Shown in pieces: positions 48,801-62,459 of a stretch of DNA of 64,000 nucleotides. Under the pieces are notes generated by a model that saw only the letters and a list, made by a program, of their open reading frames with translations, searched no databases and was not told where the DNA came from. This DNA comes from Hydrolagus colliei (lineage: Eukaryota), in the NCBI GenBank assembly GCA_035084275.1, contig CM068743.1:89466001-89530000 (forward strand), read 5' to 3'. The number at the start of each line of letters is the position of its first letter. The stretch's first letter is position 1. Made by a program: the position numbers and the translations under genes.

Positions 48801-50039
48801 GATTTTCCATATTAAATAACACCGAGGATAAAAGGTAGATTTAAATGAATTACAAGTGAATAATCCCAATGAGGTTTTGTTTATTCTGTGAACCACAAGG
48901 GTAAATCTTAAATTATTTAAAATTATCATCTGGACCTTGATGGTGTCCCAACACCATACATTAACTCAATTTATCTATTAATAATATTCATTGCATTTGG
49001 GAAGAAGTGCTTTTCATGTCTGGAAAACATCCCAGGATTTACTGTGAATTGAAGTGTATTTGTTGCGAATGCAACATACCAGTTGTGCATAACAATGTCC
49101 CATAAACAGCCATGAAACGAGTGATTACGTTTATTTGTGGTTTCTTGGCCAGATGCCGAGAGACACTCCCATTTCGTTGCTGTGCGCAATTGGCTATGGT
49201 CCGCAAAATATACAGTCAATTTACTTTACAGTATATCCTGTGAAGCACTTTCAGATATCTTGAAGACTTGATAAGGCACTATATCAAATGCAATAATTAT
49301 TATATTTAAGATCTTTAAATCTACTAGGATTTTTGTGGGGAGACCATTGCTGCTACTAAAGGAAGTCAACTTGCTATTTAAATTGGATCTCTTCTCATTG
49401 CGGTATGATCTGGCAGTCTGTTTGTTTGACATAGTGGATTTACAAGGCCGTTTGAAGATAAAAGTGGTGCCATATTGTAGCACAAACAATACAAAGTATT
49501 TTATCACTTCGGATCTGGAAGTGCATTAAATTATGATGTTTGACCCAAGTGAAGAACAAGCAATATTGCAATTATAGAAATGTATACTGCACAGTCCTTT
49601 GTGAGATTGACAAAAAAATTTCAGTATCAGAAAATACTGCTGGAATCACTTCATCTGCTTATAATGGAAACCTAATTATATATTTCAAGAGGATACTGTA
49701 GCTAGAAAGATAGTACTTATCTGTATTATGTTAGGAATATTTTAGCAATGATTCTCCATTTGATTGCAAATGTGTCAATCTACCCAAATGCCTGTGTTTG
49801 ATTGTCTAGTGGTTGGTAAATTTACCAATCATTGGCATTGTATGCTTGTGATTTAATCCAGCTGATATCTATTGGTATTTCCCAACAAGAGAACCTTTAT
49901 TTTCTAAAGAGATAATTACATTGTGCAGCGCATAGTTTTAGTACACGCTTGAATATACATATTTTTTGTTCTTTCTGAAAGGGAGACACATTTTTGAACC
50001 ATATTCTGGAGCTTATGGGTTCAGTCTGTTCTGTAGCAC

Positions 50040-50296
50040 GTTGGAACTCCATCCCGCAGCCCCACCGCCTTGCTTCCTCCCTTTCCTCCTTCAAGGCCAG
50101 TCTCAAGACCTTCCTCTTCGACCGCGCCTTCAGCTCCCCCACTAACTCTTCCCCCTCTCCCCCTTTCCTTCCCCCCACCACTCCTCCCCCCCTCTCCACC
50201 CCCCCCCGCTTGGGTGCTGAACAGACTGTTCAGCGCTTTGGGATGTCCTCTCGATGTGAAAGGCGCTATATAGGTGTGATGTTGTTGTTGTTGTTG
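50040..50296 (+). mobile_element. L2 3' end just upstream of exon K
   Basis: WNSIPQPHRLASSLSSFKASLKTFLFDRAF and (TTG)n. Confidence 0.8.
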
Positions 50297-50366
50297 TGGC
50301 CTTTTTTTTTAAATACATGTACCTTGTTACAAATTGTATTTTAATTTAAAGGTATCTTTATTTTAG

Positions 50367-50452
50367 GATATCCTGATCCAGAAAATTTCTCTTGGAAAAA
50401 ATATTTAGAAGAGACAGGTGCTACTCCGGCTGCAGCTCGCGCTTTCAAAACA
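50367..50452 (+). CDS. l3mbtl4: Exon K, MBT3 arm (GYPDPENFSWKKYLEETGATPAAARAFKT)
   Basis: Acceptor tctttattttag, donor ACA|gtaagt, 86 nt, phase 1->0. Confidence 0.94.
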
Positions 50453-51978
50453 GTAAGTTATTTCTTTCCACCATCTCCACCTCCCCCCTAAGCTAATCAT
50501 ACTTAAATGTTGTCAAGTAGCAATCAATAAGAATGTAGAATTTACCATAGCATCCTATTCAGGCTGAATGTGTGCTTCCTGAGAGTGTTTTCTGATCAGT
50601 AAAGTCTCATTAACATTGTTGCATGAAATAGTCCCTTATGCAGAAACTCATTTGATTACGAGTTGTCAAGTTTTCATTAGTTGTATGTGATAACTGGCTG
50701 GTATCACATGTGTATGTGTGTAACTATCACCTACAACCCTGCAGTAATAATAATCCTTGCACCTGACCTTTCACATCAGGAGGATGTCTCACAAGCACTT
50801 CACAGATGTAGTGACTGTATTTTTTAGTCAAGTACACAACTCAGGGATATATCCTGTATTATTCGGAATAAAGGAGGTTTTTCCCTAAATTATAGTATAA
50901 AAATTGCTACTGTACTTGCCTTGTATTCACAAGCGATTCTCCCCATTTAGTCAGGGCCTAATCACATGTATAATTTCACAGTTCTTCCACCGATAAATAA
51001 TTTTGGATGATAGTGTGAAGGCTGTAAACAGTTAGAGTGCGAGAGAATGAGTAGAAGAGGGAGGAGGAGGAGAGAAAGAAAGGTAAGTGTTAATTAACAG
51101 TGAGCCAATAGAGAGAAGAGAGTCAGAATAGGAAAATCATAGCAAAGGTTGTAAAGAGTAAGTTAACTCAGAGAGAGAGAGACGAGCTGACACAATGTGA
51201 TGCATCTTTGGAATACATTTATCAATTTTATTAGTATGGCTAATGTACTGTAACATTGTTCTCAAATTATCAAAAACATGCCTTTCTAATTACACTTCAT
51301 AGTTAATATATTACTTTTTTCACTTTTGTTTTACTCCCTTCAACAATATTAACTATGAAATTGGACAAGGGGTTGTAGGAGGTTGCCTTATAATTGGAAC
51401 AATGTGATTTAATTTTCATCTTCCCGACATGAAAGGCGCCTTACAAATGTAATTTTGTTGTTGTTGATAATTAAATTGGTTGGTTTTCTTAATTGTGCAT
51501 ACAAATGTCAAAGAATTCCTGTCTGCGGGAGAATCTTTCAAAATACAGTATTCTGCAACTGAGTATTGTGGTTAGCTAGCCCTCTATTAATAGATTCACA
51601 ATTATGACAAGCTGTATAGTAAATTACCCATAGGAATGGATGAGGAAAGCTCTTACCCTTCAAGGAGGTGCTCCTGCAGTTAAGATTTGACACTGACAAA
51701 ATATTTTGTTTCAAGATGGTCTTCTTGAATAAGACAGTGGTGACACATAATGCATTTGCAGATTTTAAAGGTAGAATAGGTAAGACAAATAAGTGCCATC
51801 TGTCCCCTTGTGTGTGCTCTATAATGGACTTCTCAAGCAGAAAGCTGCATACTGTCTGTTTACCCCTTACAGCAGTGTATATAACATCCTGTTTAAGGTT
51901 TCCAAAGCCACTAGCAGGTTGTACGTTAAATGCACCTTTACTGAACATAGGCAAGACTGTAGTTTAGATATTCTGGGC

Positions 51979-52116
51979 AAAAAACAAAACACAAAATACT
52001 ACAGATGCTGGGAATCTGAAACAAAAACAAAAGTTGCTGGGGAAACTCAGCAGGTCAAGCAGCATCCATGGAGAAAGGAAAAAGAGTCAACGTTTCGGGT
52101 CTACAACCCTTCATGA
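51979..52116 (-). mobile_element. Penelope-like terminus, decayed copy
   Basis: Same family as 28068, ending gagtcaacgtttcgggtctacaacccttcatga. Confidence 0.6.
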
Positions 52117-54540
52117 TCTTGAAAAGCTCCCTTCTTATTCTTCTCTGCTCTAGTGAGAATAATCCTAGTTTCTTGTTGGGATACAGTCCCATAAATATGC
52201 CTACCTGACTCCACGAGTGTTAAAGTCTGATATAATGCTGTTTATGCTGGAATTTGAACCTATGACTTTCTGTTCGGTGTAACTCACTTACTTGAACTTC
52301 ATGCTGCATTTATCAACTTAGCCGTTGGGAATTTGAATTGCTTTGTTTTTAATTAAAGTAGGATTTTATTATTAATACAGTAAAACTCACAAGTCATAAA
52401 TGTCGGGACCATAACATTTAATATGACTTGTGAGCAGTTCAGTTTGCATACAAACTAAGTTGTATCAAATTTTATTTAATCAATAATCTACACCGTGCAT
52501 GCGTAATTCAACACAGATGGTATGTGTGCTTGCTGTAGTTTGCCACTGCAATATGAGGTGACTGGTCAAGGCTACATTTTCCACAATTCAATCTGTCTTG
52601 ACCCATTGCCATATGTGCACTTACTGGTAAGCATTGGAATCGCATTGAATCGCAGGAAATAAAGTTGATCAAGCCTACGTTTCTTGCATTTCCATGCAGC
52701 CGTCCAGTAAATGCGCATGTCTTGACAGATCAGGACATTATTTCCTTATTTCAATGCAGCCAGTAAGTGCAGGAGTAAGAAGAGGAGTTTTGAGTTAGGA
52801 GTTGATGGATAAGATTGGTGCAACAAAATCTAAGTGGTTTTGATAGGTAACTAAACAGACCTTGGGTCAACGTACAACCTAGGCTATTATTTATAAAGAT
52901 AAGACTCATGCAAATTTGACTGTATATCCCTCTAATATATTTAGCCATTGTCTTGAGGAAAGAATTGTGAAGTGTTGGCAGTCAGTGGGATACAGCTTTA
53001 TTCCGTTGCAGGGAAACCTTGGAACTCTTTGCGGGTTCTTTAAATACATGACTAACTGGTTTGGGAATTATTGTAACAAAGTATATTAAGATTCCAAACC
53101 ATTAGAGATATTGACTGTTTAAATGTGGATTGGCAGTAGAGCATCAGTTTAAATTTTTCCAGGCACTTGTGGTATATTGAATATGCTTGCCCTTAAGTTG
53201 AGTTTTTTTTATTTGCCTTTTCCTGATTGTTGAAATGAAGCACAGCAGTTTTCATTTGCAGGCAGCCCCAGATAGTCTCAGCACACCAACAACAGCAGTG
53301 GCAGGGAATAACCTCTATCTCGTTTCCAGGGAAACGCAGTACTGCTACCCGCATTCTCTCTCTCTCTCTCTCTGTCTCCCTTTCTCTTGCTTGTTCCTTT
53401 ACACTGGAGAAATTGAGAAGTTTTTCTATAGGGCACAGCAAGGGGCAGGATGTCTCAGTGAACTAAGAGGAACACAAATTGAAAAATATATATAAATCTT
53501 CATTAAAATTGTATTTCTGAGTCTTTCCTTGCATACTTCCCAGGTATTAATATGAAATAATTTAAATTTGGTTATGCAATGGGCTTTTTCTTTTAATAAT
53601 CGGACAACCATCTAATTTTACATTTCCCCTGAAGTATTCCTTTCAAACTAGCTGAGCTGGAAGTGGAAGACACACTCGATCATCTAAATTCAAATGAGCA
53701 ACAGTGGTATAACTGGAATGTTTATAGTGACATTACTGATTGAGCAAAGTGACTTTGTATAATCTGTAATGTTCTGTGGAAACATTGGACTCAGTGTAAT
53801 TGAGATGTTCAAATTCCTCCAGAGTCTAGACCAGCTCCTTTACTGTCTCCGCTCCTTTTAATTAGAATTATATTTTCTCAATTCCTGTTAGTCTACAGCA
53901 GAAAAACAATACAGCACCATTTGTGAAGTCTATTGCTGAGGTTTGATGTGTATGTCTGGGGAATTGTGGATTGGAAGGTTACTGGGGCTACAGTGTGCAC
54001 GGTAATAGAAAGACACAGATAGCTATACAAAATAAAACCTCAATAAAATAGGAAAATGAATGAGTGCAAGAAGATATCTTGCAAAGGTTAAAAACCTAGT
54101 TTTTTGTTAATGAGTTTCTTTTTGTGGATTCAGAGCTTTAAATCTTGTTACAGTACTTGGAATCCCATAGTCAAAGCTGACAATCCAATGCAATGCTTGG
54201 GGGTTGTTGTATTGCCAGAGGTGCCAACCTTCGGATGAGACATTCTTATGTTTCTTAAACCAAGGTCCCATCTGCTTGTTCAGGTAAATGTTAAAGATCC
54301 CTTGGCCTTATTCAAAAAGAGCGGGGAGTTTCTCCTGGCCAAAGTGCCTACCTGAACTGGCAGACCGCATCTTGTCCAAAGTACAGAAATGCAACACTCC
54401 AGCATAATATTGGAGTACTAGTCTGGACTGTGGGTTCAACAGTCCCACCATGGCAATTCTGACATAGAGTTGAGAGTGCTACTAACTGAGCCAGGGTGGC
54501 ACCTGACAAATTATATTTTCTTTGATTTTACACTCTTCAG

Positions 54541-54651
54541 AGGGCACTGCACGGGTTCCATGTGAATATGAAACTTGAAGCTGTGGATAAGCGGAACCCA
54601 ATGTTGATTCGGGTCACCACAATTGTTGATGTTGACGAACAACGGATAAAG
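54541..54651 (+). CDS. l3mbtl4: Exon L, MBT3 (RALHGFHVNMKLEAVDKRNPMLIRVTTIVDVDEQRIK)
   Basis: Acceptor cactcttcag, donor AAG|gtaatg, 111 nt, phase 0->0. Confidence 0.95.
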
Positions 54652-57260
54652 GTAATGTTTCGATGTTTGAACACACTGCCAAAGTACAGAGTAAGCTATA
54701 AGGGAAAGCTTGACTAAAACGGTATTGGAAGTAGTAATTATTTGACATAACTAAGCTTCACTCATGTTTTCAGGCTTTCCCTTTTTGCAAACTTCGAAGC
54801 TGCTGTAAATCTTTTTTGTTCATTTTTTTTGCTGATCTGCAATAAATCATAGCTGTTAATTTAGATTTAATAGCCACTCTTAAAGCTTAGTTGCCATTTC
54901 CATCAATTAAATTCTAAATCTGAACATTAAATTTAATGGATGAGTGAAGTGGCATCTCCAGAACACAAGGGAACTCGTACATAATTATTAATTGGAGCTT
55001 TACGGAACTGAAATGTACAGACTAACAAATTTGTTAGAAAAATCGTAATTTAGCCTCGAAAGTGAGATTGCATTAGAGCGGTCCTCGCAGGTCAGAGTGA
55101 CACCCTGACAGTTACTGTAAGAAGTCCCCATTTGCCCATCTCAATTTCCTTATTATTAATACAATTTCATTTTTTATTTTCTCTAGTTTGGTAGGTAATT
55201 TAAATTCATAGGGATGGATGTAGGGTTAAGAAATATGACAGATGATAGTAATGGCGATCACATTTATAGACAGCCTCTACATTGCTTTCTGCATTTCTTG
55301 AGAGCTAGTTTGCTCAGATGACCTAGGGCAATGTGCTCAGAATCACCAGAGGCAAATAAGGTAAATGTGTTTGAAGGATGCTACTGTACATAAATGCAGG
55401 TTCTTTGGCTGAAACTTAGTGGAGACTTGTATTCAAATCCTCATCTAAACCTATCCTAAATAGAACGTGACTACAAACTAATGCACGACAGCTCTCTAGT
55501 TCAACTAATTTATTTTATTTTGAGAACGTATGACCACCGCAGAGGTCTCTTTTAAATGGCCCGCTCTTCACATTGCTCTTAAATGATTTGGAGATGACCA
55601 CTGCCACTTATCCTCCACATCTCTGTATCCTCCATGTATTTTCTGGCATTCTGTTTCAGTTTGCCATGATGTCTGATTCATTATTATCTCCAAATGTTAA
55701 CATCATATTTCCCATGCTCATATCCAAATCAGGTATTAATATGATAATTAAGGGAGAGGTCAGGGAACTGAGCCCCTGAGGCTTGTCGTTCGCTCTGTTT
55801 TGCCAACCTGAAACACATCCAATTGTTCCCACTTTCTGCTTGTCCTTCAGCCACATATACATTTATTCATACATTACATCTGCTGTCTTTGCTCTTTTTC
55901 TATGGTTGGTAATTTCCTCCATTTGACCAGATTGATCAATGTGCCCTTTACAAATCTGTGTTAACTCAGTTAATTTTCATTTTGTGGTACAAACCTCATC
56001 TGCTGGGAGATGTACACAGGGATAGAATTCCCACTGAGCCTTCTTCATAATGCCAGAGTGAGTTGGGTAGAGATGGGAAACTCATTGTGGCTAATTTGAA
56101 GCCCATAATCTATGATGCAATGTATTAATAGCTCACTGTGCAACTGTGCAGTTCCCTTGTAATTTGTTCCTATCCTGCTTATTTTCTACATTATTTTTAC
56201 AATCTTAGGGCAGTATTTCACATATGCTCATATGCTCCGTTATGTTCCAAGCATGGGAAGTTTTATTTTGGCAGTGCCTTGTTATCCTTAAATAAACTCT
56301 TTTTTTTTTATCACAGTTAGTTTTAAAAAGGTTCATTGGATTTTAACCAAATGCAGTAAACTATTTCCTGTGACCCAAACTCTTTCTATAGTAAAGTAGA
56401 TGTACTGTGAATGTGCTTGTCACTACATTCTAAAGCATTGGTTTCCCTACCAGCTTTTGCTTCAGTAAATCCTAGAGTGTCATCTTAATATTTCACAGAC
56501 TCTTCAGATGTTTAATATGAATTTTTAGTATTGTAATGACTATTTTATCTTCTGTAAAAAAAAATATTTACTGGTTTGGTTGGAACTATCTGTAATTCCT
56601 TTTCATAGTTTTAATAACTTTTTAACATAATTAGACCAATTAATTAAAAATGGGGTTACATCTGTTATACTTTTGCATTGGAGTATTCAAATTCCAGCCA
56701 CATGTGGACAAGCCCATCTCCCTGCTCAGAATTGTGGTTACTCACTATACAAGTGTTATTTTGTTGTTGTTGTACTCAACTTGAAATTCCATCCACACAT
56801 GGACATTTCCCATTGTCTAGAATGGAATGTGCACTCTCTTCCCACAGAGATGTATATTGCTTAATTAATCTTGGAAAATATTAAGCACATGTTGGCTAGA
56901 CCAAAGCTTGAGGCCCCAGAGTGGGCATTGCGGTACTGCTGCAGTGTAGCTTCCTTACACAATGCTCCTTGCCATTGCAAATACTATAGGACAAGCTCCC
57001 AACTGCTTGTCCAGCCAGTAGAGTTGCTTCCGATGAAATTTTTTTTTGTTTTCCTGGTGCCTCAATCATCTGGACTCGGTGAGAATGGGTTTAAAAAATA
57101 CATAGATTTAAAGTCCTCTGAAGATGACAGCTTACCTGATGTGAAACAAGTTGGATAGCTAAATCTTTATGGTTTCAAACAGAATAATAGCTCTTCATGC
57201 AGGGGACATTTTTATTTGCAGATGTATCTGGTGATAGTGCTTAACACAAGGAACGTATTT

Positions 57261-57572
57261 AATAATAATAATAATAATAATAATAATCCTTGCATTTGAT
57301 GTAGCTCTTTTCACATATTCTAGACATCTCAAAGCACTTCACAGAATATACTGTAAAGTGAATTGACAGTATATATGTGGGCAAAACCCGACAGCCAATT
57401 GTGCACAGCAATGTCCCACAAACAGTTGTGGATTGAAATGAGCGATTTTTTACGAGGGATTATTATCAGACATGTGGAGTAAGGAAACTTGCCCAAGGTT
57501 TTGCCCTGGTTGGAATTCAACCCAGGTCTCTCGCTTGCAAGGTGAGTGCTCTAACCACTGAGCTACAGGACT
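57261..57572 (-). mobile_element. tRNA-derived SINE, full length, (TAA)n tail
   Basis: Head reverse of gagtcctgtagctcagtggttagagcactc...ctgggttgaattcc. Shared tail. Confidence 0.85.
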
Positions 57573-58149
57573 CAAAATAAGTCAACAAGTTTTAATAATA
57601 ATAATTTGGTCACTCAATCCATGACTGTTTGTGGGACGTGGCTGTGCGCAATTGGCTGCCGTGTTTCACCCACAAAATACACAGTCACTACATTTCATTC
57701 TATATCTTGTGAAGCACTTGGAGAAATCTTGAAGACATGATAGGTCGCTATATGAAATGGAAGGATTATTATATTTTATTATTATTAAACAAGCTTCTGA
57801 TTGTCTCTGCCTAATGTAAAAAAAACCAACATTTTCTTATTTATCGTGGTTGCTTGGATTATGAGCATTTTACTAATCAATTCTTGACTTTAATTGGTTG
57901 CCACAGACTGTATGCGTTTATCACAAGCCTGACCCAGATTGCAGCTACCCAAACACTAGGTATCTGCTCCAATTAGCAGGTTCTTCCAGAGAGCAGAAAG
58001 AAAAATGTGTTGATAATGGCATGATTTTTTTTGAACACAGTCTGAGTTCGCTAACAATTTTTTCTGTTACTATCATAAAATCTGAACACTGAGGAAAAAT
58101 CATCAGTAATAAGTGCATTAAATGTGTGCATGAAGTTCTTGTAAATTGT

Positions 58150-58587
58150 TTTGGATCCCCATCCCCCAGAGGGTCAAATTCAAGATTGCCCTCACTTTCA
58201 AGGCCACTCACGGCTTTGCCCCCGCCTATCTCTCCGACCTGCTGTCTCTCTATCAGCCTGCCCATCCCCTCTATTTAGTGGGCTCTGGCCTGCTCCACGT
58301 CCCCGGCCCAAACCACCCCACCATCGGTGGCCAGGCTTCTAGCCTCTTTTCCCCCACACTCTGGAACTCCATCCCGTAATCCATTTCCCTCTCTTCCTTC
58401 AAGGCCGGTCTCAAGACTTGCCTCTTCGACCGTGCCGTCTGCTCTCCTCTTTCCCTCTCCTACTCTCCTTCCCCCTACCCCGACCACCCTCCCCCACCCT
58501 CGCACGGGTCCCGACCTAACTGTTCAGCACCCTGGGACGTCCTCCCGACGTGAAAGGCGCTCTATAAATGGAATTTTGTTGCTGTTA
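58150..58587 (+). mobile_element. L2 3' end
   Basis: WIPIPQRVKFKIALTFKATHGFAPAYLSDLL...PTLWNSIP and tail. Confidence 0.85.
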
Positions 58588-58919
58588 ACATCTGTAAAGT
58601 TCAGACTTTCAATTGCAAATCAGTCATCAAGGTCGATTAGTTAAGACCTACCTGGAAGAACAAGTTTAGGGAACATCTTTTGTGTAGACTTCAGATGACC
58701 CAGTTAGAATGGAATAGGTTACGCAATTGTTTTCCTGGCTTGTGTGCGGTGTGCATTTTAATCACAAAGTTGTGCATTAATTGAATGAAATTGTTCATGA
58801 CGTCTTACGAGAAAAAAGTAATTTTACTTCAGGTCGCATTGACATGCAGTTGCTAGTAAAAACTTTACACTTTACACATGAACTAACATGTTTAATGATA
58901 GCCACAAGCATTTGCTTTT

Positions 58920-59230
58920 GCAACAACAGCAAAATTATATTTGTATAACACCTTTCACGTCAGGAGGACATCCCAAGGCGCTGGAAAGTCATTATTTCAG
59001 ATCCAAACTGGGGTCAGGAACAGGGAAGGTGGAGGGAAAGTGGGGGATTTGGGGTGACCGATGGGACCGTCGAAGAGGAGGGTCTTGAGGCAGGACTTGA
59101 AGGAGGCTAGGGAGTGGGTAAGGCAGAAGGTCTGCAGGATGGAGTTCCAGAGGTTAGGGCAGAATAGCTGAAGGTTCGCCCACCAATGGTGGCGTGTGTT
59201 GGTCGGGGCCATGGAGCAGGCCGCAGCCTG
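58920..59230 (-). mobile_element. L2 3' end
   Basis: PNLWNSILQTFCL...SFKSCLKTLLFD and tail. Confidence 0.75.
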
Positions 59231-59689
59231 AATGAAAGATGCCATCTTTCATTGAAAAACTATGCATTAACTTATTTCACTTGTTCCAACCCAAATAATA
59301 CGTATAAAGTAACTAGCTGTTATTTGCAGTCACTGATGTATCAGAAATCCAGTTAAAATGTTAATTAGAAAAAGGCTAAACAGTAAGATACGATTTCAAT
59401 TAATTCATATATAAGGTTAACTTTTCTCAGAAACAGGAGTTATACATATGTAAAAGTGGTCTGGACATATAACACGTATGGTCAGGACAATGTACAACTG
59501 CTGGGAGCACTGGGTTCTTCAACTTTCTCAAACACTGGGAATATCACCATATTGTTTGCCATAGAGCGCACACAATTTTCTACAAAAGCAGTAGTGCTCC
59601 AAATCAAGAGGAGTACTAAGACACCATGGTCATTGCACTCCATGTGACATTGAGGTGCGTGATTTCATGATTGAGTAAAACATCTTAGA

Positions 59690-60265
59690 AATAAAAAATA
59701 AAACTTTCGATATAGCACTTTTCACGTCTTCTGGACATCTCAGGTGCTTCACTGAATACACAGTTAAGTGAATTGACTGCATGTTTGTAAGCGAAACACG
59801 GCAGCCAATTGCGCACAAACAGTCATGGATTATTTATTTATTATTATTTTTAACGTGAGGGATTATTATCAGACATGTGGAGTAAAAAAACTTGCTCAAG
59901 GTTTTGACCTGCCAGGAATCGAACCCAGGTCTCTCGCTTATGAGGCAAGTGCTCTAACCATTGAGCTACAGGACTCCACATAATCTTACATAATAATAAT
60001 AATCCTTGAATTTGATATAGCGCTTTTCACATCTTATCGATGTCTCAAAGCGCTTCACAGAATATACTGTAAAGTAAATTGACTGTGTATTTGTAGGCGA
60101 AACGCGGCAGCCAATTTTTATTATTGTGGTTTTTTGTGGACAGAGTATTATTAGGCGTGTGGAGTAAGGAAACTTGCCCAAAGTTTCACCCTGATCTGCC
60201 TGGATTCGAACACAGCTCTCACGCTGTAAGGCATGTGCTCTAACCACTGAGCTACAGGAGTTCCA
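59690..60265 (-). mobile_element. Two head-to-tail copies of the short tRNA-derived SINE
   Basis: Copies at about 59690-59978 and 59990-60265, each ending gtgctctaacca(t/c)tgagctacaggactccaca/gttccaca. Confidence 0.8.
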
Positions 60266-60672
60266 CATAAACAATGCATCCAAACCGTTAACTATGGATA
60301 ATTAGCAAAAAGCAGGAGAAATTCAGAGGTGCTTGAGGATATGTTTAATGAGTCAAATCATTGGGAGATTTTTAGAGAGACGGAGGACGGTGCCGTCATT
60401 TCATGGGTTTCCTTAATGAAGATTCCAAATTGCAAATAGGAATTCCATTCTGGTAACTGGGAGTAGGTCAAACAGACTGCTGTGAACGCTGGAACTAAAT
60501 TGCAGCCAAGGGGAATTCCGTGTATCCCAGTTATGAGAATGAGTTCCCATTTGCAACTCAGTGTCCTATTTGCGATTGGTATGTTTCAAACTCCTGCGCA
60601 TTTAAAATAACTTTAAAATTAACTGCTGATTTTGAAATATTCAATAATAATTGTTGTCCATGTTCATTTCAG

Positions 60673-60787
60673 ATCCAGTTTGATGGGTGGAGTCACGATT
60701 ATGACTATTGGCTTGATGCAGAGCACCCTGATCTTCACCCTGCGGGATGGTGTGCCAAAACAGGCCACTTGCTGCAGCCTCCACTCA
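60673..60787 (+). CDS. l3mbtl4: Exon M, MBT3 end (IQFDGWSHDYDYWLDAEHPDLHPAGWCAKTGHLLQPPL)
   Basis: Acceptor tgttcatttcag, donor TCA|gtaagg, 115 nt, phase 0->1. Confidence 0.95.
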
Positions 60788-60814
60788 GTAAGGACATATC
60801 TTCAGAATACAACT

Positions 60815-61045
60815 AAAAACAGAAGTCACTGGGAACAATCAGCAGGTCAGGCAGCATCTATGGAGAAAGGAAAGTGAGTTAACATTTCAGGTTGATGACC
60901 TTTCGTCAGAACCTAAAAGGTCATTGACCCAGAATGTTCACTCACTTTCCTTTCTTCATAGATGCTGTTTGACCTGTTGAGTGTTCCCAGAGACTTCTGT
61001 TTTTATTTAGATATCCATCACCTGCAGTATTTTACCTTTTTCTTT
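60815..61045. mobile_element. Penelope-type inverted-terminus insertion (about 95-bp arm hairpin) with degenerate TSD
   Basis: aaaaacagaagtcactgggaac...gacctttc is mirrored by aaaggtc...gttcccagagacttctgttttt. Flanks TCTTCAGAATACAACT (60799) and TCTTCAGAATGCAGTT (61046). Confidence 0.75.
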
Positions 61046-62459
61046 TCTTCAGAATGCAGTTCATTTTATATTCAGAAAAATTGCTCTAAACATACATGCT
61101 GTGGTATTCATTTTATCAACCTGTAAAAGCATTTCTGTTATCACTGCTTGTCTATTCACAAGCTCCCCTCAATATAACGTGTCAAATCAAAAGGTTCAAT
61201 ATCCCTCCTTGTCAGATTTCACAGTTCGAACTGTCTATCCTTTGCCATCATATGTCTGCTGGCAAAAACCTCCTGTAATCTAGTACAAATAACTGTTAAT
61301 TTCTTTGATGAAGTGATGAAGAAGAATAATGCATTCTGTGGTGTGTTTCAAGGCATTAACAAGACTTTGGATTAAAATGCCAATTCTGTTATTGTGGTTT
61401 ATAATGGCATTCAACCTTGATGCGGCACTGCCTGCTGAGATAACACAACACAAGCTATGTTGCGCCTCTCTTTTGCAAGAATTGATTACGTTGATATTAT
61501 CCATTATTTTGGGATTAATTCCAAGGTCTGTAAATGTGATCATCTCAGAGAATCACCCCCTTTTTAATTGTAGACCGGTAAAGGTGTTCATTGGGAATGT
61601 AACTGATAAATAATGACAGTGCAAATTTGGTGCTGCTGGGAAATACTGTGCCGGGTGTTCAAAGGTATCTGTGGAGTGGTTGGAGACGCAGAGTAACTTC
61701 CAATCCTGGAGTTGGTTTAGAAATCTCCATAAACCTCAAAGGATTAACAGGACAGTGATGAATGCATTAAAATTGCAACATTTTCATTTCTAAAGTCCCC
61801 CTTCTTATAATCTTCCACCAGGAATGAGCAATGCATCAAATGTGTTTGTAGATATGGAGGTGTTTTGTGCATGTGCTGAAAAACGATTTAGCAATTTCCT
61901 TTGATTTCTGAACGTCGTTTGAACCGTTCAGAATTTTTACGTATTTTCCATTATTACAGTATCTGGTAGCACGTCTTCTTAAATCTGTAGGATTTAATAT
62001 TCTCAAGTAAAATGGGTAACTGCAAAGAAGGCTTAATTCACCATGATCTTTGAATAAATATATATTGTCATTACGTTATGCTGTTTTTCAAACTTGCACA
62101 AGATTCAGCAGACCTGTTAATGGTGATATTAAACTCATGACCTTGTGCACTTCTAATCCTGCCAACGCTACACTAAACTAAGCACTAAAACACCCACAAA
62201 CATGAGAACCATTTGATATGCTATTAATAGTTGAGTTGTTTCTGAAAGTGTTATACTGTATGTAGCTTTTTTATCTCCTTTATGCAGTGCAAGAAATCTT
62301 TGCGTGCTCATAAATGTGAAGGTGGCAATCTTTGCTTTCAAAATATGCCTCTTGTTTCTAGCAAATAAATATAACTATCCCTCATCTCTGTTTCAGTATG
62401 TAAGGATGATGTTGATAACATTCTCAATTAGAAATTTAGCATAATTTCCATAGTCATTG

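Noticed and set aside
53235-53495. Possible cassette exon after ttttcatttgcag
   Set aside because: There is no convincing donor, and exons K and L already join into a complete MBT repeat.
57500-57572. tRNA-like sequences (also at about 10810-10894, 59910-59975 and 60195-60262)
   Set aside because: They are SINE heads contiguous with SINE bodies and tails, not standalone tRNA genes.
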